From NCBI GenBank assembly GCA_965652275.1, contig CBFGUR010000009.1, positions 24,940 through 88,939 on the forward strand: a stretch of DNA of 64,000 bases, in the 5' to 3' direction. Positions 36,984 to 47,058 of the stretch are shown here, in pieces. Numbering within the stretch: the first letter of the stretch is position 1; every line of letters begins with the position of its first letter. The stretch is from an uncultured Polyangiaceae bacterium (GTDB lineage Bacteria > Myxococcota_A > Polyangia > Polyangiales > Polyangiaceae). Made by a program: the position numbers and the translations under genes. The notes beneath the pieces were generated by a model. It was not told where the DNA came from, ran no database searches, and was given only the letters and a program-made list of their open reading frames with translations.

Positions 36984-38783
36984 ATGCCGCACCGTTCAAA
37001 AATAGCCCGAGGGTTCCTTTTCGGAGCCGCCTCCCTGGGGATTGGTTGCGTGCCGCCAGGCGACGGCGTGCCGGCACCATCCGACCGAATCTATTTCCCC
37101 GTCAGCGTCACCGTTAACGGGACCGGAGAGTTCCTATTCGTCGTAAACAGTGACTTCGACTTGAGATATTCGCAGGGCACGATTCAGAGCCTGGACGTGG
37201 CGCGGATTCGCCAGTTGGCCCAAAGGGTCTGCTCCGATGATGCCGACTGCGAAGATGGCGAGACCTGTGACGACGAACCCACCTCCGAGAACGATGGATC
37301 GCCGAGCTTCTCGTGCGTTGGCTCGAGCGGCGTACCGTGTGAGGGGGTAGGGGAGAAGTCCGCCGAGGATCTCTCCTACGCTCCCGGGCGCTGTGCACCC
37401 ATTGAGCTCGACGACCCATATGACGGTGGCTCGAGCCTCATCATCGACGTTGCCGAGACATCGGCTTTCGCCACCCAAGGTCTACTCCTAAAGCGCCCGT
37501 GTTTCATCAATGGTGAGATCGTGCGGTGTCCCGAGGATTCGGGGGCGCAGGACCAGATCCAGTCGGCGAACGGGGACACCTATCCGGAGCGACTATTCGT
37601 TCCAGTCCGGGGCGACACGACCATCCATTACCTCGACGTTGATGAGGAGGGCCGATTCTTCTGCGGCAGGGGCGCAGAGGGCGAAGGTGTGACGACTTCG
37701 ACCTCGCTCCGCTGCAACACGGCACATCGGATCTCCGAGGGCGTGACCTTGGGTCTTTCGAGCTCCGGCGACCTCACGGAGGTGGAGCGCCCGCCGCTTC
37801 CCACTTCCGACGATGACGAAGAGGTCGAAGAAGGCGATCCCATCGAAGCCTACCGCTTACCGCCCGAACCGCTCGATCTGAGTGCATCGGAAGATGGGCG
37901 AGTGATTGTCGTGTCCCACCAGCTTGGAGGGTACGCGAGCACGCTCATCAACAGCTGGGTCGACGAGCCCAAACTCGTCCACATCATGGAGGGGCTCCTT
38001 CCCAACCCCATCGGCGTTGCCGGTCTTCCTGACTCAGAAGCTCGACAGGCTGGGAATCAGCCTGGGTTTCTTCTCACGTACCGCTCGAGTGCTCGTGTGG
38101 ATCTTCTCCGGTTCGTGGATGACGGTCTCCTTCGGGCAACGTCGCCAGACGGGCCTTCCGACGAGCAAAAAGAGCTCGGCGAGCGGACATTTCGCCCCGA
38201 GCTCGTGAGCGTTGGGGGGACGGCCATCACGCTCAACACGGCCGGCTTCGATAGTCGGGGGCTAGCCGTCGACGACTCTCGTCGAAGAGCAGCTATCGAG
38301 GCCTGCGGTGGAGATGCAGCATGCAGAGATGCAGCGGCCGCTGTGCCACTCGACGTGTACGTTACCAATCGTACCCCCAACTCGCTTCTCGTCGGTAGAA
38401 CGGGGGGAGAGGACCCGGAGGCGCTCATCAGCGCGCTTCCTCAATTCTACGCGAATATTCCTCTTACAGCTGGGCCATCACGAGCCGTGGTCGGGTACGT
38501 CATCGATCCTGACGGTCGGCGTTCATTGCGCGTGTTCGTTCTGTGTTTCGATAGCGCGTTGGTCTACGTCTACGACCCCGAGCGGGGCGAGATCGAGGCG
38601 GAGATCAGGACGGGGCGCGGCCCCTACTCCATTGCGTTCGACGAGCAAGCTGGCCTCGCGTTCGTCGGACACTTCACAGATTCGTACATCGGTGTCGTCA
38701 GCATCGATCAGCGACACCCCATGACCTTCGGGGCGACCGTGGCAACGTTGGGAGATCCCGAGCCGCCGAGGGCAGCCAAATGA
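36984..38783 (+). CDS. Lipoprotein, beta-propeller-like, hypothetical (599 aa)
   Basis: The lipobox is FGAASLGIGC. Strand motifs recur that resemble YVTN/LVIVD propeller blades (FLFVVNSDFD, RVIVVSHQLGG, LDVYVTNRTPNSL, LVYVYDPERGEIEAEIRTGRGPYSIAFDEQAGLAFVGHFTDSYIGVVSID). There is an acidic Cys-rich insert, CSDDADCEDGETCDDEPTSENDGSPSFSCVGSSGVPC. Confidence 0.75.
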   Translation: MPHRSKIARGFLFGAASLGIGCVPPGDGVPAPSDRIYFPVSVTVNGTGEFLFVVNSDFDLRYSQGTIQSLDVARIRQLAQRVCSDDADCEDGETCDDEPTSENDGSPSFSCVGSSGVPCEGVGEKSAEDLSYAPGRCAPIELDDPYDGGSSLIIDVAETSAFATQGLLLKRPCFINGEIVRCPEDSGAQDQIQSANGDTYPERLFVPVRGDTTIHYLDVDEEGRFFCGRGAEGEGVTTSTSLRCNTAHRISEGVTLGLSSSGDLTEVERPPLPTSDDDEEVEEGDPIEAYRLPPEPLDLSASEDGRVIVVSHQLGGYASTLINSWVDEPKLVHIMEGLLPNPIGVAGLPDSEARQAGNQPGFLLTYRSSARVDLLRFVDDGLLRATSPDGPSDEQKELGERTFRPELVSVGGTAITLNTAGFDSRGLAVDDSRRRAAIEACGGDAACRDAAAAVPLDVYVTNRTPNSLLVGRTGGEDPEALISALPQFYANIPLTAGPSRAVVGYVIDPDGRRSLRVFVLCFDSALVYVYDPERGEIEAEIRTGRGPYSIAFDEQAGLAFVGHFTDSYIGVVSIDQRHPMTFGATVATLGDPEPPRAAK

Positions 38784-41700
38784 AAACGTTTTCATACAAA
38801 GCAGCGCTGCTCGTCATTGGTCTCAGTGCGCTCGGCTGCCGGAAGGCACCTGAACCGCGCGACCTCACGTCGCTTCGGAGAAGCGGCGACGCGACGTTCG
38901 TTTGTGTCGGGCCGGACGGGGTCGGCGCGCCGCTGTCGTTCTGCCCGCAGGGCGGGCGAGCTGCGGATCTCGGTCTTACTGTCGGCAATACAGGACACAC
39001 ACTCCACGCGCTCGTGACGCAGACGCTCTCTGCCGAAGTGGCGGTCATCCGGGTCGCCAGCGCCGACACGGGTGGAGACTCGACCGGCCGGGTGCTCGAT
39101 GTAGACCCAACCAACCCAGGTGTGACGCCGCTCCGCGTGGGCGAAAAGCCTGGCGACATCGTCACGACGCCGGGCGGGCTCGCGAGCTTCGTCGGAGTGG
39201 CCCAAGTTGGCCTCGAGGGGATCTACGCCCTTCCGACGAGCTGCATTCAGGAACCGGCCGATGATGAACCTCGTCGTGATCGGACAAGCTGGCCAGCCTG
39301 CACCCTGAGTTCGGCTCCCGGCGACATCGTCGTCTTGGTAGACGAAGCGGAAACGGACGGAGAGCCTCGCGCGTTTTGCGGAAGCCCTCCTGCTGCGGAC
39401 ATCCCGCGCGCGTCGGATGATGCTCTCTGCACCGCGGACCTCGCGGAAGAGACACTGAATCCCGGTGCGAGGAAGCTGTTGGTGTCCCTCCCCAGCGAGG
39501 GGAAACTCGTCCTGATCGACGCGCAGGACATACTCACGCGCCAGCCAGGCACCTTCAGACCGTGCCACGTCGAGGCAGAGCTGCCGCTGTCGGCTGAAGT
39601 CCCAGATGACATTCTTCAACCCCTCCCATCCGACCTCGTCGGTGCGGGGGAATCGACGTGGGTTACCTACCAGGAAATCGCAGGAAGCTACGAGAGTCGG
39701 CCGGCTGGTATCGCAAGGAACGGTGACGTTCTTTTGATTGCCGACCAGTCCGCTCCCGTGGTGCATCAAGTCGATACGTCGGACGTTTGCGCTCCGGTGG
39801 AACTCGCGCCGCTTTACGCGACCTCCCTCGATGAGCCGACTCGTGTGGTGACGACTTCGGAAATCGCCGTCAGCCCCGTCAGTCCCAGTGGAGCCCAATA
39901 TGCCTACGTCGTCGACGAGGTTGGTGATGGCCGCGCGAACGCTTTGATCTTCGATCTATCGAGCGGAGCTCAGAGTCGGGCGCCCCTCGTGCGTTCTGGC
40001 TCCCCGCTGCTCCCTTTCGAGGCTCCCGATCGTCTCGAGTTTTCTGCCGCAGTGAAGGATGTCGGTTTTGCTCTCCTCGACAGGGCTGCCGTCGATCCCG
40101 CCACCGGCGTCGCGACTACGGGCATTCTCTGCGATCCCGATCCGTCCACCTCCTCGGATGCACCTGGTGCTCGATACCGGCCGTCGTCGGGTACGGTTGG
40201 GGCGGCCCCTCGCGTGCTGCGGGGGTTGTTCGGCTATGCTCTGCTGAGCGATGGCGCCGTCTCCGTAATCGACATCGAGGACTTCGATTCTGCGTGTCGC
40301 CGGCCGATCGAAGCCAATCAGTCGAGTCAGCTGGACCATCGCGGCTGCGCAGGAGACGAAATTCCGTTCGACTACTTTACCGAGAACGGCGCAGCCGATG
40401 GAGCGGCGACGGTGACGGATGAGGTGAGCTGCCGAACCGTCGCCCCCCATCGTGTGCGTTCGAGAAACACGATGCGAACGTCCGAGTCTACTGGGGTGAA
40501 TTCTCCGTCGCTACGGACATTCGGACGACTGTCGATCAGAGGGCGAGGTCTCACGTCAAGTCGTCTCACCCCGGAGGGCAAGAAGAACCCAATTCTCCTC
40601 GGTGTGGATTTCGAGGCACCGGATGGAAGTGCTGTTCCCGCGAGTGTCCGAATTGGCGGCACCCTTTACTCCAGGCGCGACCTCGGTAGTGAACTCGTCA
40701 TCGATCCCAATCAGGCGGACCGATCCTCCGTCGTTCTTCCGGTCTACGATCCCCGCGCCCATCCACCGACGGAAGTCGTCTCGGTCACCTATGAAGGCCA
40801 GCTGGCGAGCAGCCAGGAAACGGGCAGCTTCACCGAATCGCAGCTCGGTAGTGCGTACGTTCGTCTCGAGGATCCGAATGTACTGTTTTGCGCGATGGGT
40901 ATCCAAGATCGTGACCTCACGCTTGAAGTCGGTGAGGATCGGTTCTCCCTCGATGCTGGGGCGGCGGAACGATTCGTCGACCGTCACACCGACTACGTCC
41001 AGATTCGGAACCGTCTGTACGAGCCTGATGACGATTATTGGAAACAGGCCGGCGCGCAGTGCGGGGGGGACTTTTCGGGCGCCGTAAGCGAGGGTTATGA
41101 GCTGTGCGCTTCACTGTTCGGCCTAGGGGACGAGGAGCAGCTGCTTGCGAGCCGTGATCTCACCATCGTGCGCGCCGATGCCGACGGTCTCGAATTGACC
41201 CCGCGGGAACTCGACGGGATAAGCGCCGGCCAGCATCTGGACGCCCTACGGTGTTGCTTTCCGGGACCGATCACTTACAGCCCTCGAGCCGGCCACCAAT
41301 GGGTCGTGCGTGGAACGGGCACGGGTCTGCAGCACGACGTTAGCGTGGACCCCGCCGGAACCAACCGCTGCGTGTTCGAAGACACCCCGCTTACGGCGCG
41401 TCTCAGTTCTCGAGCCTTCGAGGTGTCGAGTACCTACTGTGAAAACGACGACCCGGAGGACGTCGATTCCTGCGGCGTCGGCGTGCGCACGGATGACGAT
41501 ATCGTCTGCTCTTATGACGCAACGAACGGGCCGGTCGAAGTTGGAGGGTTGGCCAGCAACTGCATTCACGACGGACTTACGAAGCGATTCGTCGTCTATC
41601 GCGGCCTCCTCCCAAGTGAGCGAGATATGGCATTTTCCTATGAGGTGATTGGAGGGTTCGAGACCTTCTCCATCTCGCTTCGGGGCGACTCGAACGTGAT

Positions 41701-41821
41701 TCTTCCCGTGTCGCTCGTCGAAGTGCCTACTTTCGGCGCTTTCGGTGTCGTCGACTCGCAGAACCGCGGTTTGATGATGATCGATGTGCCGAACTCTCAG
41801 GTGGCCCAGAGCTTCTACTAG
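38780..41821 (+). CDS. Large lipoprotein, beta-propeller-like, hypothetical (1013 aa)
   Basis: The ATG overlaps the upstream stop (ATGA). The lipobox is LLVIGLSALGC. Blade-like motifs recur (KLVLIDAQD, VLLIADQSAPVVHQVD, YAYVVDEVGDGRANALIFD, GAVSVIDIED, GLMMIDVPN). No catalytic motif was recognised. Confidence 0.75.
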   Translation: MKTFSYKAALLVIGLSALGCRKAPEPRDLTSLRRSGDATFVCVGPDGVGAPLSFCPQGGRAADLGLTVGNTGHTLHALVTQTLSAEVAVIRVASADTGGDSTGRVLDVDPTNPGVTPLRVGEKPGDIVTTPGGLASFVGVAQVGLEGIYALPTSCIQEPADDEPRRDRTSWPACTLSSAPGDIVVLVDEAETDGEPRAFCGSPPAADIPRASDDALCTADLAEETLNPGARKLLVSLPSEGKLVLIDAQDILTRQPGTFRPCHVEAELPLSAEVPDDILQPLPSDLVGAGESTWVTYQEIAGSYESRPAGIARNGDVLLIADQSAPVVHQVDTSDVCAPVELAPLYATSLDEPTRVVTTSEIAVSPVSPSGAQYAYVVDEVGDGRANALIFDLSSGAQSRAPLVRSGSPLLPFEAPDRLEFSAAVKDVGFALLDRAAVDPATGVATTGILCDPDPSTSSDAPGARYRPSSGTVGAAPRVLRGLFGYALLSDGAVSVIDIEDFDSACRRPIEANQSSQLDHRGCAGDEIPFDYFTENGAADGAATVTDEVSCRTVAPHRVRSRNTMRTSESTGVNSPSLRTFGRLSIRGRGLTSSRLTPEGKKNPILLGVDFEAPDGSAVPASVRIGGTLYSRRDLGSELVIDPNQADRSSVVLPVYDPRAHPPTEVVSVTYEGQLASSQETGSFTESQLGSAYVRLEDPNVLFCAMGIQDRDLTLEVGEDRFSLDAGAAERFVDRHTDYVQIRNRLYEPDDDYWKQAGAQCGGDFSGAVSEGYELCASLFGLGDEEQLLASRDLTIVRADADGLELTPRELDGISAGQHLDALRCCFPGPITYSPRAGHQWVVRGTGTGLQHDVSVDPAGTNRCVFEDTPLTARLSSRAFEVSSTYCENDDPEDVDSCGVGVRTDDDIVCSYDATNGPVEVGGLASNCIHDGLTKRFVVYRGLLPSERDMAFSYEVIGGFETFSISLRGDSNVILPVSLVEVPTFGAFGVVDSQNRGLMMIDVPNSQVAQSFY

Positions 41822-41880
41822 TCGATATCGCCGAGCCCTCGGCCTTTCTTGATTCAGGATGAAAGGGGAATGAAGAAAAA

Positions 41881-44475
41881 GTGGCGGGCAAAACGACACC
41901 GGTGATGAAACAGCATGCTGCGGCCAAGTCCGCGCATCCGGACTGCGTCGTTTTTTTTCGTCTCGGAGACTTCTACGAGATGTTTGGTGACGATGCGGTA
42001 CTCGTCTCCAAGGTTCTCGACCTCACTCTGACGAGCCGAAACAAGGGAAAACCCGACGAGGTTCCCATGGCCGGTGTGCCGCACCATGCGGCACACGGAT
42101 ACATCGCGCGCCTACTCGTCCAAGGTCACAAGGTGGCCATTTGCGAGCAGATGGCGGATCCATCGACCGTCAAGGGGATCGTTCCGCGAGAGGTCGTCCG
42201 CGTCATCACCCCTGGAACCTGGAACGCCGAGGAACAGCTCCAGCGAGGCGAGAACAACTGGCTCTGTGCTCTCGAGTTCGACGAAGAGGGAGTTGGAGTG
42301 GCTCTCCTCGATCTGAGCACTGCCGAACTCATGGGCGCCGTCGTGCCCGACCTGGCGGCCGCATTGAGTGAAATCGGTCGTGCTGCACCTCGCGAGATCC
42401 TCATCGGTCCAGGACACGGTTCCGCAGGAGCGCTCGAGGCTTTCTCCGAAATCGCACAGGGTGTCACCGTGCGAGACGATCGACCCATCGAGAAGGCGGA
42501 GGCTAGGAAAGCTTTGGCCGGGGTCGAGGTCGGAGGCGTGGAGTCCCTGGCGGCACGAGCGTCGGCGCGCGCACTGATTTTCGCGCGCGAATGCTTTCGA
42601 GGCCGCTCGTTTCCGGTGTGGCGGGTCGCTCTTTGGAACCCCACCGGCATTTTGGGCCTCGACCGTGCCGCCCAGCGTCATCTCGAGCTCACGGAATCGA
42701 CAGTTGGCGACAAGAGGGCGACGCTCCTCTCCGTCATCGATCGCACGTGTTCGCCCGGAGGTGCGCGCCTCCTCAGACGACGTCTCTTGGCTCCGCTCAC
42801 CGACGTGAGCCAGATTCGACGCCGTCTCGACGAAGTCGAAGCGTTCGTCAAAAATCCACCAATTCGCCGCAAGGTGCAAATGGCGCTTTCTTCACTCGGA
42901 GATCTCGAACGGCTCGTCGTTCGCGGAACTCTCGGAGAAGCCACCCCGAAGGACCTCGGCAATGTTCGACGAGGTCTGGCTGCATCGAGAGAAGCGCATG
43001 CGGCGTTGATGGAGATCCCGGACCCTGAATCCAAGGCGGCCCTGGGCCTCCTGGGTGACGTCGATCTCGTGGAAGATCTTCTCGAGGTGCTCGAAAGCGC
43101 ACTTGTCGAGCGTCCGCCCGCTCAACCAAAGGAAGGCGCAGTATTCCGCCAAGGATTCGACGCTGCCCTCGATGAGCTCGCCGAACTCCGGCTCTCGGGA
43201 TCGGAAAGGATGACCGCCCTCGAGCAAGAGCTTCGCACTGAGACCGAAATCCCGAACCTACGCGTCAAGTTCACCAGAGTGTTCGGGTGGTATGTCGAGG
43301 TCAGTCGCTCTCACGCAAACAAAGCCCCCCAGGATTGGCGCCGCAAGCAGACGGTCGCCAGCGGGGAACGTTTCACATTGCCTCGGCTGGACGAACTCGC
43401 GGATGAGGTCGAAAGCGCGGACGCTCGCTATAGGGCCCGCGAGCTCGAACTCTTGGCCGGTTTGACGGAGGAGCTCTGCCAGGCCGCTCAACGCGTGCAT
43501 CGTCTTACCGCGCAGGCCTCCACTCTCGATGTCGCTGCGGGCCTCGCGGAGGCCGCGAGTGAGTTCGACTACTGCCGCCCAGTTGTCGATGAGAGTGATG
43601 TCATCGAAATCGTCGAAGGTCGGCACCCGGTCGTCGAGCGTTTGGCGGCAGAAGGTAGATTCGTTCCGAACGACGTATCTCTGGAGACTCGAAAGGAGCA
43701 CCTGTGGCTCTTGAGTGGGCCGAACATGGCCGGCAAAAGCACGTTCCTACGCCAGGTCGCTCTCACCATCGTGCTGGCTCAAATGGGGTCGTATGTCCCC
43801 GCCAAGAAGGCGCACATCGGAGTCGCCGACAAGGTGCTGTCTCGGGTTGGCGCAAGCGACAATCTCGCTGGCGGCGAGAGCACGTTCATGGTCGAAATGC
43901 GAGAAACGGCGAGCATCTTGCGGAGCGCAACGAGCCGCTCGTTCGTCATTTTGGACGAGATTGGGCGCGGGACGAGTACCTTCGATGGCCTGGCCATCGC
44001 CTGGGCCGTTGCGGAGCACTTGGATGAGGTCGTCGGGTGTCGTGCCCTCTTTGCGACACACTATCACGAGCTCACCGAGTTCGCGACGAGGAGCGCGACC
44101 GCCGAGAACTACTGTGTCAGTGCGCGACAACATCAAGGTGAAATCGTGTTCCTCCACAGGGTCGTCCAAGGCGCCGCCTCTCGCAGTTATGGCGTCGCGG
44201 TGGCGCAGCTTGCGGGACTTCCCGAAGGGGTGTTGGCTCGCGCTCGCTCGCTCCTAGAGTCCCTGGAATCTGGCCAAGAAAGCGAGCGCGGGCCGCACGT
44301 GGCACACTGGGCCGGCTCGGAGGCGCAGATGGCATTGTTTCAGGGACAGAAGGTCAGCGCGGCCGAAGAGGAGCTTCTCGGGTTTCTGCGCGAACTGGAT
44401 CCGGATCGACTCACCGGTATCGAGGCGCTGCAGCTTCTTCACCAATGGACACGGCGTTTGAAGTCCATGAAGTGA
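41881..44475 (+). CDS. mutS: DNA mismatch repair protein MutS
   Basis: A GTG start gives TPVMKQHAAAKSAHPDCVVFFRLGDFYEMFGDDA. Walker A is GPNMAGKST. The motif DEIGRGTSTFDGLAIA is present. Confidence 0.97.
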   Translation: MAGKTTPVMKQHAAAKSAHPDCVVFFRLGDFYEMFGDDAVLVSKVLDLTLTSRNKGKPDEVPMAGVPHHAAHGYIARLLVQGHKVAICEQMADPSTVKGIVPREVVRVITPGTWNAEEQLQRGENNWLCALEFDEEGVGVALLDLSTAELMGAVVPDLAAALSEIGRAAPREILIGPGHGSAGALEAFSEIAQGVTVRDDRPIEKAEARKALAGVEVGGVESLAARASARALIFARECFRGRSFPVWRVALWNPTGILGLDRAAQRHLELTESTVGDKRATLLSVIDRTCSPGGARLLRRRLLAPLTDVSQIRRRLDEVEAFVKNPPIRRKVQMALSSLGDLERLVVRGTLGEATPKDLGNVRRGLAASREAHAALMEIPDPESKAALGLLGDVDLVEDLLEVLESALVERPPAQPKEGAVFRQGFDAALDELAELRLSGSERMTALEQELRTETEIPNLRVKFTRVFGWYVEVSRSHANKAPQDWRRKQTVASGERFTLPRLDELADEVESADARYRARELELLAGLTEELCQAAQRVHRLTAQASTLDVAAGLAEAASEFDYCRPVVDESDVIEIVEGRHPVVERLAAEGRFVPNDVSLETRKEHLWLLSGPNMAGKSTFLRQVALTIVLAQMGSYVPAKKAHIGVADKVLSRVGASDNLAGGESTFMVEMRETASILRSATSRSFVILDEIGRGTSTFDGLAIAWAVAEHLDEVVGCRALFATHYHELTEFATRSATAENYCVSARQHQGEIVFLHRVVQGAASRSYGVAVAQLAGLPEGVLARARSLLESLESGQESERGPHVAHWAGSEAQMALFQGQKVSAAEEELLGFLRELDPDRLTGIEALQLLHQWTRRLKSMK

Positions 44476-44483
44476 GTCTCAGA

Positions 44484-47051
44484 TCAACGGATCCTCCCCG
44501 GCGTCGGGGGGCTTGCCGTCCGACCGTCTTCCGGCCACAGGTGCTTCGGATAACGGCGCATCAATTGCTTCCTCAGCTCTGGGTAGTGGCGCTGCCAGAA
44601 TCCAGCCAAATCCTTCGTCACCTGTACCGCGCGCTGGTTCGGCGCCAGCAGATGTAGTTGTAGGGGGAGTCGCCCCCGGCATAATGTAGGGGTTTCGTTC
44701 ATCGAGAAGAAGTCCTGGAGGCGAGATTGGATCCATGGATCGCGCCCGTGCTCGTAGTGCACATCGAGCACACGTCCCCCCGCGAGCCTGACGGTGTCCG
44801 GAAAGTCACGCTCGAGGCACTCGGAGAGAGAAACAGGGAGCAGACCCCGGATCTCGAGATCGAGGCGTGCTTGAGCCAGCTCGCTCAGGCTCGTTCGCGT
44901 CTCACAGGAGGTGAGTAGGGCGATTTCGGCAAGACGAGACGGGATGACATCATCGCCAGCGAAGAGTCGTTTCGACAGATCGTTTCCTTTGTCGCTGGCC
45001 AATACTTCCGGTAGGAACCGCGCTACCAAAGATAACCGGACGGATAGCTTCTCGAGGTGGCCTTCGGGGTCGTATGCTGGCGGGCCTTTGGCAAGCGCGG
45101 CTTTCATGAGGAGCTTAGCCCCCTGCTTCGAGGCGTGTGCCCAGGACCGACTCTCGTCCAGGCAGATCCTGCCATAGGTGAGTCGGCTCACCTGTTCCAG
45201 GCGGCCCCTAGAGTCATTCCACGACAGTTCGTCGCGCGCCTCGATTCGCTCTCCCGCCACGTCCATCAGCAGATCGGGCTCGAGCCGACAAGCCATACGA
45301 ACTTGTGCTTTCCTTCTTTGCCCGCCGGGAGCGTCCGTGGAGACTGCAAGCAGTAGATGTGCGCCTACGACCGAGCTGCTTTCGTGAAGAACCGCCTGGG
45401 CCCCCGTCGAGAGGACGAGCCCATTGCTCTCTCCGCGTCGCTCGGCCACTCGATCCGGGAACCCCGTCAGGAGCGCGCGGCACAGCGCGTTTTCAGGGGG
45501 CTCCGTGACGCGGGACTCGAGGGGCTCCACTGCGCGCTCCAGAGCCCGTGCCGCTCGAACGAGCTCACGCGCTCCTTTGACGTCCAGCTCGAGGTATCTT
45601 CCGACCTGCGGATCGAACCTGCTGGCCTCGAGTTCCTCCAGCCGGTCGAGTCGATCCTCGACATCGGAGTCGGATGCGACGACATCCGACCTGCCTCGAC
45701 GAAAAGTACGAGCGCGAAGGAGGATGTCCTTTTCAGACAAGAGGGCCGCAGCGCGACTTGCAACTGTCGGGATACCCAAATCCCGCCCAGCAATCACGAT
45801 CCGGGCAAGGCGCGGACTCGTCGGAAGCTTGGCCATTTCTTTCCCGAGCTGGGTGAGCCGCCCGGACTTCATGGCTCCCAAGTCCGTCAGAAGTTCTTCG
45901 GCCTGGTCCCAGGCCGAGGAGTCGGGCGAGCTCATCCACGGGAGTTCATGGGGACGATGACCGCCCGCGAGTAACATCAGGAAAACGCCGCTCAAGTCCT
46001 CGCGCAACAAAGGTGGCGTGTCGTGATCGGAGCGGCGCTCGTAGCTCCCCTTGGTGAAGAGTCGAAGGGCGCGCCCGGGCTTCACTCGTCCCGCCCGTCC
46101 CGCGCGCTGCGCCAGTCGGGCTTGGCTGACCTCCACCGTTTCGAGTCGCTTGACCCCGGACCAACGATCGAAAACCGCGGTTCGAGCGAGACCGCTGTCG
46201 ATGACCACTGTCACGCCCGGAATCGTCACCGAGGATTCGGCCACGTTGGTGGACAGAATGATCCGCTTGCGGGAACCACTTCGCATTGCCCGCGCCTGCT
46301 CGCTGAGCGGCAGGTCTCCGTGGAGCGGTAGAACGTCGACGTCCGGCAGTGCTGCGAGCGCTTCCTCGCATGAGCGGATCTCTGCGCCCCCCGGAAGGAA
46401 AACGAGGATGTCACCGTTGTCGCTCAGCGTAGACCTGACGGCGCTTCTCACCTGGATGGCGAGGTGTCGGTCGTCCTCCTTGGGCAGGTGCTCAATCGAT
46501 ACCTCGAAGCTTCGACCGGGGCTTGTGATGACGTAAGCCGAGGTGAAGAGCTTCTTGAACTCTTCCGTCTGCAGCGTCGCGCTCATGAGGACGAGGCGAA
46601 GCTCGCTGTCCCCCGCTTTCGCTCCGCGAAGGAGAGCCAGTAGGACATCCAAGTCCGCGCTTCGTTCGTGCACCTCGTCCAAGACCACGACCGACACGTT
46701 CGGTAGCTCTCGCCGTTCGAGCAGTTGTCGCAGGACCAGGCCCTCCGTGGCATACACGAGTCGGGTAGCAGCACTCGTCTTGTCCTCGTAGCGGACCTGA
46801 TAACCGACTTCTGCGCCCACGACTCCCTCGCGCTCGCTTGTGACGTAGTGAGCGGCGAGTCGAGCTGCGATCCTCCTCGGCTCGGTGACGAGGACCTTGC
46901 CGGTGCACCAAGGTTCGGACAGAAACCGTGCCGGGAGACGCGTAGTTTTGCCCGCGCCCGGCGACGCCTCGACAATCAGGACGGAGCCTGGTTCGGACAA
47001 ACTCCTGGCGGCTTCTTCCAGGTGGGCGTCGATAGGGAGCGCTGTTTTCAC
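44484..47051 (-). CDS. hrpB: ATP-dependent RNA helicase HrpB
   Basis: Contains SPGAGKTT, the DEAH box VLDEVHERS, SATL and QRAGRAGR. The HrpB-type C-terminus reads RRYPKHLWPED. The GTG at 47051 gives (M)KTALPIDAHL, 5 nt after the polA stop. The longest ORF (47165) would overlap polA by 107 nt. Confidence 0.88.
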   Translation of the reverse strand: MKTALPIDAHLEEAARSLSEPGSVLIVEASPGAGKTTRLPARFLSEPWCTGKVLVTEPRRIAARLAAHYVTSEREGVVGAEVGYQVRYEDKTSAATRLVYATEGLVLRQLLERRELPNVSVVVLDEVHERSADLDVLLALLRGAKAGDSELRLVLMSATLQTEEFKKLFTSAYVITSPGRSFEVSIEHLPKEDDRHLAIQVRSAVRSTLSDNGDILVFLPGGAEIRSCEEALAALPDVDVLPLHGDLPLSEQARAMRSGSRKRIILSTNVAESSVTIPGVTVVIDSGLARTAVFDRWSGVKRLETVEVSQARLAQRAGRAGRVKPGRALRLFTKGSYERRSDHDTPPLLREDLSGVFLMLLAGGHRPHELPWMSSPDSSAWDQAEELLTDLGAMKSGRLTQLGKEMAKLPTSPRLARIVIAGRDLGIPTVASRAAALLSEKDILLRARTFRRGRSDVVASDSDVEDRLDRLEELEASRFDPQVGRYLELDVKGARELVRAARALERAVEPLESRVTEPPENALCRALLTGFPDRVAERRGESNGLVLSTGAQAVLHESSSVVGAHLLLAVSTDAPGGQRRKAQVRMACRLEPDLLMDVAGERIEARDELSWNDSRGRLEQVSRLTYGRICLDESRSWAHASKQGAKLLMKAALAKGPPAYDPEGHLEKLSVRLSLVARFLPEVLASDKGNDLSKRLFAGDDVIPSRLAEIALLTSCETRTSLSELAQARLDLEIRGLLPVSLSECLERDFPDTVRLAGGRVLDVHYEHGRDPWIQSRLQDFFSMNETPTLCRGRLPLQLHLLAPNQRAVQVTKDLAGFWQRHYPELRKQLMRRYPKHLWPEDGRTASPPTPGRIR

Positions 47052-47058
47052 GGATGAG

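Noticed and set aside
38792-39898. 368-aa minus-strand ORF opposite the 1013-aa lipoprotein gene
   Set aside because: It is antisense shadow with no signal or domain. The plus-strand gene has a lipobox and is translationally coupled to its upstream neighbour.
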